Positions 50,449 to 59,524 of a DNA stretch of 64,000 nucleotides are shown here, in pieces (position 1 is the first letter of the stretch; each line of letters begins with the position of its first letter). The translations under genes were made by a program, and so were the position numbers. Origin of the DNA: an uncultured delta proteobacterium (lineage in GTDB: Bacteria > Myxococcota_A > Polyangia > Fen-1088). A model generated the notes under the pieces. That model was not told where the DNA came from. It did not search any database and saw only the letters and a program-made list of their open reading frames with translations. The DNA is taken from contig CAVWIP010000014.1 in assembly GCA_963755125.1 (NCBI GenBank), positions 96,001-160,000 on the forward strand. The letters are read 5' to 3'.

Positions 50449-53400
50449 CCACCATGCCGAAGTCCCTGTTCGCCGCGCTCGAGGTTTCGACCACGCCCGA
50501 TCCGGCTGTGCTGGAGTACCTCAAGGCCGGTGGTGTGGCCAAAGACGCCGGGCAGGAAGCCTATCTGGCCAGGCTCCGTCGCGACGTGGTCAGCAAGCCT
50601 GTCATCTATCTCGGCACCGGAACCTGTGGCATGGGCGCGGGCGCGGCCAAGGTCGGCAATGCGCTTCGCCAGTACCTGGAAGCCAACCACAAGGACGTCG
50701 AGATCGTCGAGGTTGGCTGCATCGGCATGTGCGCGTTCGAGCCCATGCTGGACGTGCAGATGCCAGGCAAGCGCCGCCTGTCGTTCATGCAGGTCTCGCC
50801 CGACAACGTCGCCGCCATCCTGGACGGCGTGTTCGCCGGCAAGATCCCGACCCCGAACCTGGTTGGTCAATTTCGCGCGGGGCCGGCCGAGGCGTGGGCC
50901 GACCTACCCTACCTCGACGAGCATCCCTTCTTCAAGCCGCAGTTGCGCTGGGTGCTGGAATTCTCGGGCATCATCGATCCGGGCAGCATCGAGGAGTACA
51001 TCGCGCGCGGCGGATACAAGAGCTTCCTGGAAACCATTCGCAGCAAGACCCGCGAAGCGGTGTGCGACACGGTCGAGAAGAGCGGGCTGCGCGGCCGCGG
51101 CGGCGGCGGCTTCCCCGCCGGCCGCAAGTGGAAGATGGCGCTTAGCCAGTCGAGCGATCAGAAGTACCTGATCTGCAACGCCGACGAGGGCGACCCCGGT
51201 GCCTTCATGGACCGCGCCTTGATCGAGAGCGATCCGCACAAGCTGCTGGAAGGCATGATGATCGCCGCCTACGCCATCGGCGCCAAGGACGCCTACGTGT
51301 ACATTCGCGCCGAGTACCCGCTGGCGGTGCAGCGACTGCGCGAGGCCATCGCGCGCGCTACCGCCTACGGTCTCATCGGCGATCACATCATGGGCAGCGG
51401 ATTCAACCTGCAGTTCCACATCAAGATGGGCGCCGGCGCGTTCGTGTGTGGGGAAGAGACCGCGCTCATGCACAGCATCGAAGGCCGGCGCGGCATGCCG
51501 CGGCCGCGGCCTCCCTACCCGGCGCAGAGCGGGCTGTTCGCCAAGCCCACGGTCATCAACAACGTCGAGACCCTGGCCAACGTGCCGGTGGTCATGCGCA
51601 AGGGCGCCGAGGGCTACGCCGCCGTCGGTACCGCCACCAGCAAGGGCACCAAGATCTTCGCGCTCAGCGGAAAGGTCCAGCGCGCGGGTCTGGTCGAAGT
51701 CGCGATGGGAACATCCCTGCGCACCGTCATCTTCGACGTGGGCAGCGGGCCGCCCGCAGGCAAGAAATTCAAGGCGGTGCAGATCGGCGGTCCCTCGGGC
51801 GGCTGCATCCCGCCGCAGTTGCTCGACACGCCCATCGACTACGAAACCCTGAAGAGCGCCGGCGCCATCATGGGCTCCGGCGGCTTGGTGGTGCTGGACG
51901 AGACCACCTGCATGGTGGACTTCGCCAAGTTCTTCATGGAGTTCATCCAGTCCGAAAGCTGCGGCAAGTGCATCCCCTGTCGCGAGGGCACGCGCCGCAT
52001 GCTGGAGATCCTCGACGCCATCACCCGGCCGCGGCGCAAGGAAGAGAACATCGATGCGCTGGTTCGCTTCCAGGGCATCATGCGCCTGGCGGAACTGGCC
52101 GAGACCATCAAGATCACCAGCCTGTGCGGCCTGGGGCAGACCGCGCCCAATCCGGTGCTGTCGACCCTGCGCTGGTTCCGCGACGAATACGAAGCGCATG
52201 TCTTCGAGCGAAGCTGTCCGGCGGGCGCGTGCAAGGATCTGGTGGGCGCGCCCTGCCAGAACACCTGCCCGGTGGGCACGGAAGCCTGGCGCTACGTCGC
52301 GCACATCGCGCGCGGCGAGTACGCGGAAGCCTATCGGGTCATCCGCAGCGCCAACCCGTTCCCCTCGGCCTGCGCGCGCGTGTGCGACCACCCCTGCGAG
52401 CTGATGTGTCGTGCCGGCGCCACCGGTGGCGAGCCGATCGCCGTGCGCACCCTCAAGCGCTTTGTCGTGGATCGCGTGGCGCCTGACACCTACAAGGAAC
52501 CGGTCAAGCCCGCGGGGGCCAACGCGCCCAAGATCGCAGTCATCGGCGCCGGCCCGTCTGGGCTGACCGCAGCCCACTACCTGGGCGCGATGGGCAACCG
52601 GGTCACTGTGTTCGAGCGCGAATCCAAGCCCGGCGGCATGCTGGTCTCGGCCATTCCCGAGTACCGGCTGCCACGCGAGACATTGCGGAAGGAGATCGAC
52701 TCTCTGTTGAACGTCAACGTCGAATTGAAGCTCAATCAAACCCTGGGCAAGGACTTCACCATCGATTCGTTGATGGACAAGGACGGCTACAAGGCGGTGT
52801 ACGTGGCCACCGGCGCGCACGAGAGCAAGCGGCTGGGCTTGTCGGGTGACGACGCCGTGGGCGTGCTCCCCAGCATCAAGTTCCTCAAGGCCTACAACCT
52901 GGAGGGCAAGCACCTGGCCAAGGGTCGGGTGGGAATCATCGGCGGCGGCAATTCCGCCATCGACGCCGCCCGTGTGGCCTTCCGCCAGAAGGGCGTGACC
53001 GGCGTGACGGTGTTCTACCGGCGCACGCGGACCGAAATGCCGGCCTACGCCGAGGAGATCGAGGCAGCCTTGGCCGAGGGTATCGTGCTCAAGCCGCTGG
53101 TGGCTCCCATCGGGGTCGTGGTCAAGGACGGCAAGCTCGGCGGAGTGAAGTTCATCAACAATGAACTGGGCCCGCTCGACGATTCAGGCCGCCAGCAGCC
53201 GGTGCCGATTCCCGGATCGGAACACGTGGTGGATCTGGACACGCTCATCGTGGCCATCAGCGAGCAACCTGAAGGCGTGGGGCTCAAGGATCTGAAGACC
53301 ACGCGCTGGGGAACCGTGACCGTCAATCCCGAATCATTCACCACCAGCCGGCCGGGAGTGTTCGCCGGCGGCGACGTGACATCTGGCCCCAGCACGGTGA

Positions 53401-53702
53401 TCAAGGCGATCGCCGCGGGCAAGAGCGCGGCGGTCATGCTGCAGAACTTCGTCAGCGGCAAGCTGCTCAAGCAGTTGCCCAAGGTGAAGCTGCCGTCCTT
53501 CTACGTCGAGCCGGTGCAAGTGGCCGGGGAAGAAGAAGAGGGCGACGTGATGGTCGCGCGGGTCAAGCAGCCCCACCTGCCGGTCGAAAAGCGCCGCGGG
53601 AGTTTTGCCGAGGTCGAGTTGTGCATCTCGGAGGAGGCGGCCCAATGTGAGGCGCGGCGCTGCTTGCGCTGCGACCTGGATTTCACGCGGCCCTTGCACT
53701 GA
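50445..53702 (+). CDS. NuoF-like FMN/NADH subunit (HydB) fused to a GltD/NfnL-like Fe-S flavoprotein module
   Basis: N-terminal thioredoxin-like [2Fe-2S] region, GLRGRGGGGFP, NADEGDPGAFMDR, CGKCIPCREG; then PCQNTCP...CARVCDHPCE..C, GAGPSG, GGGNSAID..YRR, FAGGD, EARRCLRC. Confidence 0.92.
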   Translation: MTTMPKSLFAALEVSTTPDPAVLEYLKAGGVAKDAGQEAYLARLRRDVVSKPVIYLGTGTCGMGAGAAKVGNALRQYLEANHKDVEIVEVGCIGMCAFEPMLDVQMPGKRRLSFMQVSPDNVAAILDGVFAGKIPTPNLVGQFRAGPAEAWADLPYLDEHPFFKPQLRWVLEFSGIIDPGSIEEYIARGGYKSFLETIRSKTREAVCDTVEKSGLRGRGGGGFPAGRKWKMALSQSSDQKYLICNADEGDPGAFMDRALIESDPHKLLEGMMIAAYAIGAKDAYVYIRAEYPLAVQRLREAIARATAYGLIGDHIMGSGFNLQFHIKMGAGAFVCGEETALMHSIEGRRGMPRPRPPYPAQSGLFAKPTVINNVETLANVPVVMRKGAEGYAAVGTATSKGTKIFALSGKVQRAGLVEVAMGTSLRTVIFDVGSGPPAGKKFKAVQIGGPSGGCIPPQLLDTPIDYETLKSAGAIMGSGGLVVLDETTCMVDFAKFFMEFIQSESCGKCIPCREGTRRMLEILDAITRPRRKEENIDALVRFQGIMRLAELAETIKITSLCGLGQTAPNPVLSTLRWFRDEYEAHVFERSCPAGACKDLVGAPCQNTCPVGTEAWRYVAHIARGEYAEAYRVIRSANPFPSACARVCDHPCELMCRAGATGGEPIAVRTLKRFVVDRVAPDTYKEPVKPAGANAPKIAVIGAGPSGLTAAHYLGAMGNRVTVFERESKPGGMLVSAIPEYRLPRETLRKEIDSLLNVNVELKLNQTLGKDFTIDSLMDKDGYKAVYVATGAHESKRLGLSGDDAVGVLPSIKFLKAYNLEGKHLAKGRVGIIGGGNSAIDAARVAFRQKGVTGVTVFYRRTRTEMPAYAEEIEAALAEGIVLKPLVAPIGVVVKDGKLGGVKFINNELGPLDDSGRQQPVPIPGSEHVVDLDTLIVAISEQPEGVGLKDLKTTRWGTVTVNPESFTTSRPGVFAGGDVTSGPSTVIKAIAAGKSAAVMLQNFVSGKLLKQLPKVKLPSFYVEPVQVAGEEEEGDVMVARVKQPHLPVEKRRGSFAEVELCISEEAAQCEARRCLRCDLDFTRPLH

Positions 53703-53728
53703 ACCTGAGTCATCGCGAGGAATACACG

Positions 53729-55450
53729 ATGTTTACGATTGAAATCGATAGCAAGCCCATCGAGACAAACGGGGGCGAGACCATTCTTTCGGTGTGCCAG
53801 CGTGAAGGCGTCCACATTCCGACCTTGTGCTACATGGAAGGCCTGCCCCCCAGCGGCGCCTGCCGTCTGTGCATCGTGGAAGTGGAAGGCGCGCCTGGCC
53901 TGGTGCCGTCCTGTTCTTTTCCGGTTGCCAAGGACATGAAGATCAAGACCCGCTCGCCCAAGGTGCTGGCGGCCCGGCGCACTATCGTGGAGTTGTTGCT
54001 GTCCAATCACCCCGATGATTGCCTGTACTGCACGCGCAATCAGCGCTGCGACCTACAGTCCCTGGCCGCCGAGTTCGGCGTGCGCCAGCGCCACTACATC
54101 GGCAAGAAGAACAACCGCGACATGGACGTGTCGTCGCCCTCCATCGTGCGCGACCCGGACAAGTGCGTGCTGTGCGGCCGCTGCGTGCGCGTGTGCGAGG
54201 AGATCCAGGGCGTCTCCGCCATCGACTTCATCCACCGCGGTCCCAAGGCGGTGGTGGGCACGGCGTTCGAGACCGGCCTCAACGTCTCGTCGTGTATCAA
54301 CTGCGGCCAGTGTATCCTGGCTTGCCCGACAGCAGCGCTGACCGAGCACAGCTACCTCAATGAGGTGATGGCGGCTCTTTCCGACCCGAACAAGTACGTG
54401 GTGGTCCAGCACGCGCCGGCGGTGTCGGTGACCATCGCGGAGGAATTCGGCCTCAAGCCGGGCAAGGACGCCGACGGCCACATGGTCGCGACCCTGCGCA
54501 AGCTGGGGTTCAAGCGGGTGTTCGACACCTCGTTCACCGCCGATCTGACCATCATGGAAGAGGGGTCGGAGCTGGTGAAGCGCATCCAGAGCGGCGGCAC
54601 CCTGCCCATGATGACGAGCTGCTCGCCCGGGTGGATCAAGTACGTCGAGCAATTCTACCCCGACTTCATTCCCAATCTGTCCACCTGCAAGAGTCCGCAG
54701 CAGATGATGGGCGCGGTGATCAAGTCGTTCTTCGCGAAGCGCGAGGGACTCGATCCGTCGAAGATCGTCAGCGTCTCGGTCATGCCCTGCACGGCCAAGA
54801 AGTTCGAGTGCGCGCGCGAGGAGATGGGGCGCGACTACGTGCCGGACGTGGACTACGTCCTGACCACGCGCGAATTGGCTCAGCTCATCCGTATGTTCGG
54901 CATCGACATGATGGATGTCGAACCGGATCACGCTGACACGCCCTTCGGTCTGCGCTCCACCGCCGGCAAGATCTTCGGCGCCACCGGCGGCGTGATGGAG
55001 GCTGCCATCCGCAGCGCGTATTTCTTGCTGACCGGCAAGGAATTGAAAGAGCTGAAGGTGCAAGAGGTACGCGGCCTGGACGGCATCAAGGAGGCCAAGG
55101 TCAAGATCGGCGATCTCGAGGTCGGCGTGGCAGTAGCCAGCAGCCTGAAGAACGCTGCGCAGTTGCTGGAGTCGATACGGGCGGGCCGCAAGGACATCCA
55201 TTTCATCGAGGTCATGACCTGCCCCGGAGGCTGCATCGCCGGCGGCGGCCAACCGCTGCACGGCGACCAGAATGCCATCAAGGCGCGCATGCAGGCGCTG
55301 TATCAGATCGACCGCGACGAGGCCCTCCGGGTCAGCCACAAGAACGAGGACGTGGCACGGCTGTACAAGGAATTTCTGGGCGCCCCGCTGGGCGAGATGA
55401 GCCACAAGCTCCTGCACACGCACTATCACCGACGAGACGTGCTGGTCTGA
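53729..55450 (+). CDS. hydA: [FeFe]-hydrogenase catalytic subunit (multimeric group A3-type architecture)
   Basis: [2Fe-2S], His-ligated HPDDCLYC, 2x[4Fe-4S]; H-cluster motifs TSCSPGW, MPCTAKKFE, EVMTCPGGCIAGGGQP; HKLLHTHY. Confidence 0.96.
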   Translation: MFTIEIDSKPIETNGGETILSVCQREGVHIPTLCYMEGLPPSGACRLCIVEVEGAPGLVPSCSFPVAKDMKIKTRSPKVLAARRTIVELLLSNHPDDCLYCTRNQRCDLQSLAAEFGVRQRHYIGKKNNRDMDVSSPSIVRDPDKCVLCGRCVRVCEEIQGVSAIDFIHRGPKAVVGTAFETGLNVSSCINCGQCILACPTAALTEHSYLNEVMAALSDPNKYVVVQHAPAVSVTIAEEFGLKPGKDADGHMVATLRKLGFKRVFDTSFTADLTIMEEGSELVKRIQSGGTLPMMTSCSPGWIKYVEQFYPDFIPNLSTCKSPQQMMGAVIKSFFAKREGLDPSKIVSVSVMPCTAKKFECAREEMGRDYVPDVDYVLTTRELAQLIRMFGIDMMDVEPDHADTPFGLRSTAGKIFGATGGVMEAAIRSAYFLLTGKELKELKVQEVRGLDGIKEAKVKIGDLEVGVAVASSLKNAAQLLESIRAGRKDIHFIEVMTCPGGCIAGGGQPLHGDQNAIKARMQALYQIDRDEALRVSHKNEDVARLYKEFLGAPLGEMSHKLLHTHYHRRDVLV

Positions 55451-55484
55451 ATCGGGTCCACTGCAGGACTGGAAGGAAACGACA

Positions 55485-55877
55485 ATGGCGAACGCAAAGA
55501 AGATACTGGTGGTGGACGACGATCCCGACATCGTGGAGCAGGTGAGCCTGATCCTGAAGCAAGACGGTCACGAGGTACACGCGGCGGGAACCCAGGCCGA
55601 GGCCGAGGAGATCCTGCTGTCGATCAAGCCGGACCTGGCCATCCTGGACCTGATGATGGAGGAGAAGGACACCGGGTTCGTGCTCTGTCATCGCATCAAG
55701 AAGTTGTACCCGGACACGCCGGTGATGATGGTCACCGCGGTCAAGGCCGCGACCGGGCTGTCGTTCGCGGCGGATTCGGCCTTGCAGCAGTCGTGGCTCA
55801 AGGCCGACCTGCTGCTGGACAAGCCCATCCGCTCCGAGCGCCTGCGCAATGACGTCGACCGGCTGCTGAACCGCTAG
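55485..55877 (+). CDS. Single-domain response regulator
   Basis: VVDDD, LDLMM, VTA, DKP; no output domain. Confidence 0.9.
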   Translation: MANAKKILVVDDDPDIVEQVSLILKQDGHEVHAAGTQAEAEEILLSIKPDLAILDLMMEEKDTGFVLCHRIKKLYPDTPVMMVTAVKAATGLSFAADSALQQSWLKADLLLDKPIRSERLRNDVDRLLNR

Positions 55878-56123
55878 GAATCGGAGATCGAGTCGCAGGG
55901 CGTGGAGTCACCCCTTGCTCTGTTCGAGCAACCAGCGCCACGCGGGTTGTGCCCCGGGCCGCGCCGACTTCAATGCGGAGGAAACCTCGTGGTAGAGGAG
56001 GACGCCTTTCGCCTGTTGGGAGCGTGACTTTCCCAGTGCCATGGACATCTGCTCTCGCTTCGCCGTATTCGGATCGCTCAGGCTCCAGCAGACGTTCCCC
56101 AAGGCCCTGCCTTCTTCGTCCAG

Positions 56124-56186
56124 ACCGCGTCCGGCCAGGATGTGATGGCCTATGTCGAAAACTGCTTCGGCCGCTATTTGCAGAGC
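56124..56186 (-). pseudogene. Possible remnant of a DUF86/HepT-like HEPN gene
   Basis: Manual translation ALQIAAEAVFDIGHHILAGRG resembles the DUF86 helix motif; no convincing start and no downstream R-x4-H motif. Confidence 0.35.
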
Positions 56187-56265
56187 TGATGTACTTGAGG
56201 ACCGGAAGCGCAGGCCCGACCGACACGGCCGTCGCCACCTCGGTGGGTTGTGGGGAACGGCTTTG

Positions 56266-57774
56266 CTAGATCTTTCCGCCGGTGAGCGAGATGCTGCTCC
56301 GAGGAGAGCGGCTCTCGTTGGCGGCGCTCACGCGGACGCCGGCGCGATCGACCACCGGGCAGCGGGTCTCGCAGATGCCACAGCCGGTGCAGTAGTCCAG
56401 ATCGACGAACGGCATCTTCAGCGTCTTCTGCGAACCGTCGCGAGCAGTGATGGTCTCCATCTTGAAATAGATCGCCTTGGGCGAGGTCGGGCAGACCTCC
56501 TCGCACACGATGCACTCGGTCTGGTAGCCCCAGGGCAGGCAACGGCCCTTGTCGAAGAAGGCCGAGCCGATGCGCACGGGCGGGCGGACCGGCATCTCGC
56601 CGACCTTCTTTTCGATGGTCAGTTTCTCGATGGCGCCGGTGGGACAGACCTGGCCGCAGAGAACGCAGTTCGACTCGCAATAGCCGATGCGCGGGATCAG
56701 GATGGGCGACCAGAAGCCCTCGATGCCGGCCTCGTGCAGTGCGGGTTGCAGGCCGCCGGTGGGGCAGACCTTCATGCAGGCGGCGCACTTGAGGCACTTT
56801 TCCAGAAACGCCCTTTCTTCCAGTGAGCCGGGCGGCCGAATGCGCGCGGGATTGGGCCGCGGCTCCACCCCGTCCGAGGCGCGCATGAAAGGCACCGCCA
56901 CCGCGCCCGCCACGCCGGCGCCCAACCACTTGCGCCGCACCAAATCGATCTTGGTGGTGGAGAGCTTCACCGGCGGCAGGAACCGGTAGGAAAGTCCGCC
57001 GCGCGGGCAGCTCTCGATGCAGTTCAGGCACACCATGCACTCGGTGGCGCGCACCGTGCCCTGAGGATCGGCCGCGCCCTGGCACTCGGACCCGCAGAAC
57101 TTGCAGCCCTTGCAGATTTCCGGGTTCTTGCTGATACGGAACAGGGAGAACTTCGACAGCAGCCCGAGCAGCGCGCCCAGCGGACAGAGTACGCGGCAGT
57201 AGAAGCGCGGGTAAATCAGGTTGAGGGCCAGCGCGCCGAAGAAAACCAGGGTAATCAGGGTTCCCCACTGGAAGTGCCGTTCGCCCTGGTACATGCCGAA
57301 AGCGAGGTTGCCCAGCGCAGGCATGACAGACGTGGCCAGGCCACGCCAGGTCGAGGCGATGGGGTCGAGCAGGCCGATCTGTACGCTGCCGGCTGCCGCC
57401 AGACCGAGCATCACTGCCAGAACCAGATACTTGATCTTGTGCGAGGGCCGCGGGGCGTTCTGCTTCACCCGGTCAGGTGGCCGTCGCCTGCGCGCCAGGA
57501 AACCCAGAGCGTGGTGCAGGACGCCCATGGGACAGATCCACGAGCAGAAGAAGCGGCCCAGGATCAGGGTGGGCACGATGATGACCAGCGACCACAGCAG
57601 CGCGTGGTGCAGCGAGTGTGAGGCCAGCGCGGTGGTGACGGCCACCAGAGGGTCGAACTCGAGCAGCCATTGCACGTCGTAGCCGCGGATCAGCCCCGCG
57701 GTGGTGAGCAGGACGAAGAACAGGAAGAACCCGAGAAAGACAACCTGGTAGCTGCGACGCAACCAACGAAACAT
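56266..57774 (-). CDS. Membrane polyferredoxin: NapH/MauN-like domain fused to NapG/MauM-like domain
   Basis: GRFFCSWICPMG and RFYCRVLCPLG motifs, several TM helices, 2x[4Fe-4S]; internal RR-hydrophobic segment then IRPPG, CLKCAACMKVCP, CIVCEEVCP, CTGCGICETRCP. Confidence 0.88.
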   Translation of the reverse strand: MFRWLRRSYQVVFLGFFLFFVLLTTAGLIRGYDVQWLLEFDPLVAVTTALASHSLHHALLWSLVIIVPTLILGRFFCSWICPMGVLHHALGFLARRRRPPDRVKQNAPRPSHKIKYLVLAVMLGLAAAGSVQIGLLDPIASTWRGLATSVMPALGNLAFGMYQGERHFQWGTLITLVFFGALALNLIYPRFYCRVLCPLGALLGLLSKFSLFRISKNPEICKGCKFCGSECQGAADPQGTVRATECMVCLNCIESCPRGGLSYRFLPPVKLSTTKIDLVRRKWLGAGVAGAVAVPFMRASDGVEPRPNPARIRPPGSLEERAFLEKCLKCAACMKVCPTGGLQPALHEAGIEGFWSPILIPRIGYCESNCVLCGQVCPTGAIEKLTIEKKVGEMPVRPPVRIGSAFFDKGRCLPWGYQTECIVCEEVCPTSPKAIYFKMETITARDGSQKTLKMPFVDLDYCTGCGICETRCPVVDRAGVRVSAANESRSPRSSISLTGGKI

Positions 57775-57776
57775 GG

Positions 57777-58832
57777 TCAGCCCCCCAGTTCGACGGTCTT
57801 CAGGCTCTGCCACTGCAGCGTGCCCAGGCCGGCCTTCATGCCCTCGACGATGAAGCCGACGTCGTTGGGGTTGAGTCCGAGCAAAGTGGCGCCAAAGGCA
57901 TCGAGAGCGACCTCGTCGTTGCCGGCCGCGATGGTGTCCATCTGTTTCACGTCGGCCAGGCTGCCGCCGGTGGGGCCGTTGGCCAGAAGAATGCGCGTGG
58001 CATCCAGGATGGTCAGGGTGGGTTTCACCATGGCCGCCAGGTCAATGATGGAGAGGTGGATGTTCTGGTGCAGCTTCACGCGCTGGCCGCCCAGCACGCC
58101 GTACCAGTTCTTGAGCGACATGGACGCCAGCGAAAGCCCGTGCTGCTTGACAATCGGGACGTTGATCACGCGATCCGCTTCGACGAAGGGGAAGAGCACA
58201 TCGCCGGTGCGCAACAGTTTGCCCGACACGTTCACCTCGCGGAAGGCCGAGGCATCGGGCCGCACCACGGTGGCACCCGCCGCCTTGGCCGCCTTCTCGA
58301 TGCCCGAGCGGCCGAAGCATTGCTCGGGCGTGTTGACCGAAGCGTCGGTCAGCCACACCTTGCCCGCGCCCGCCGCGACCACCAGACGCACGACCTCGGC
58401 CACCACGTCGGGATTGGTGTTGGCGGCCTGCTCGGGTGTGCGATTCCAGCCGATGTTGGGCTTGATGACCACGCGCTCACCGCGCCGGACGAAGCGGCCC
58501 ATGCCGCCCAGAGCTTCTATGGCCTTGCGCACGTTGGCCGCAGGGTCCGGCCCGCGCGCGATGGCCATGTCCGTGGCGCCGGCCGGCTTGTCCGCCCGAT
58601 GATCCTTTATGGTGGGCAGGTCGGCGGCCTGCTTGCGACTGCCGCGCTCGCGCAGTCCCAGGCCGAGCGCCACCGAGCCCAGGGCCATTGCCGCGGTCGC
58701 GCCCACGCGCAGAACCCCGCGTCGGTCCATGCCGGCGGCGTCGGCCGACGGCGTGGAGGTCGTCTGGGTGCCTTTGGGAACCTGCGCCGCAGGTACTTTG
58801 TCGTACGGGCCGGGCGGTCCGTTGCTGCTCAT
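57777..58832 (-). CDS. DUF362-family protein with Tat motif and probable uncleaved anchor
   Basis: DRRGVL plus hydrophobic helix; LGGMGRFV..GERVVIKPN, TNPDVV, INVPIVKQH...SLKNWYG, NGPTGG. Confidence 0.85.
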   Translation of the reverse strand: MSSNGPPGPYDKVPAAQVPKGTQTTSTPSADAAGMDRRGVLRVGATAAMALGSVALGLGLRERGSRKQAADLPTIKDHRADKPAGATDMAIARGPDPAANVRKAIEALGGMGRFVRRGERVVIKPNIGWNRTPEQAANTNPDVVAEVVRLVVAAGAGKVWLTDASVNTPEQCFGRSGIEKAAKAAGATVVRPDASAFREVNVSGKLLRTGDVLFPFVEADRVINVPIVKQHGLSLASMSLKNWYGVLGGQRVKLHQNIHLSIIDLAAMVKPTLTILDATRILLANGPTGGSLADVKQMDTIAAGNDEVALDAFGATLLGLNPNDVGFIVEGMKAGLGTLQWQSLKTVELGG

Positions 58833-59380
58833 TTCATCTTCCCCTTCAGCGCCTTGGCCAGCCCGGGCAGGGCGGCTTCGGCCTTCTTGTCGAAGGCGGT
58901 CAGCTTCACGTAGTAACGGCTCGCACGGAACACGAACGACATGGGACCGGCGATCGCATCCGGGAAGTCAGTCACAGGCTTGGCCGTTGCTGATTTCTCC
59001 GCATCGAAGATCGACTGTGCATTGGCCGGCTCGGCCATGTCATACACCGCGCAGTCCACGTCGCTGCCGTCCGCTGTGGCCAGTTCGGTTGCAGCCTGCC
59101 TGCGGAAGTGGCGCTCTATGAAGATGGGTGCGGCTCCATCGATGGAGTCAAAGAGACCTTTTTCGTCGTAGAGAGTGACCTTTTCCTTGACCGTGGCGCC
59201 GCCCAAGTCGCCCTGGAAAAGCGCCAGCAAGATTTTGTCCGCCTCGGCGCCCGATGGCCGAGGCTTGCCCGCAGGAACGGCGGTCGCGACCATGGCGCGG
59301 TGGCCATCGCGGACCATCCATCCAATGAACGCCGGCGGGATGAGCGCCAGCAAGACGAAGAGGGGAGTGCGCACTGCCAT
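58829..59380 (-). CDS. DUF6599-like exported or membrane-anchored protein
   Basis: N-terminal TM; YDEKGLFDSIDGAA..F, VYDM...NA..IF, FRASRYYVKL pattern; ATGA overlap with the DUF362 gene. Confidence 0.65.
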   Translation of the reverse strand: MAVRTPLFVLLALIPPAFIGWMVRDGHRAMVATAVPAGKPRPSGAEADKILLALFQGDLGGATVKEKVTLYDEKGLFDSIDGAAPIFIERHFRRQAATELATADGSDVDCAVYDMAEPANAQSIFDAEKSATAKPVTDFPDAIAGPMSFVFRASRYYVKLTAFDKKAEAALPGLAKALKGKMK

Positions 59381-59524
59381 GAAGATTATGGCGAACGCAC
59401 AGCGGCAATCAAGCACGGCCGCGTCGATCAGTCTGTCGTTGCATGATGGCGCAGAGCCTACAATAATTCCAAGCGGCGGTCTGGGACCGCAGTTCGCTAG
59501 CCCCCGCTTACAGGAGAAAACCAC

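Noticed and set aside
49969..53702. Respiratory complex I (nuoEF) or glutamate synthase
   Set aside because: No other nuo genes and no gltB; the adjacent H-cluster subunit and maturases identify a hydrogenase
54610..54635. HydA L1 motif TSCSPGW instead of TSCCPxW as a sign of inactivity
   Set aside because: This variant is common among multimeric [FeFe]-hydrogenases, and all other motifs and the maturases are intact
56266..57774. Calling this a nitrate-reductase (nap) or methylamine (mau) operon
   Set aside because: No napA/napB or mauAB genes are present; only the electron-transfer module is similar
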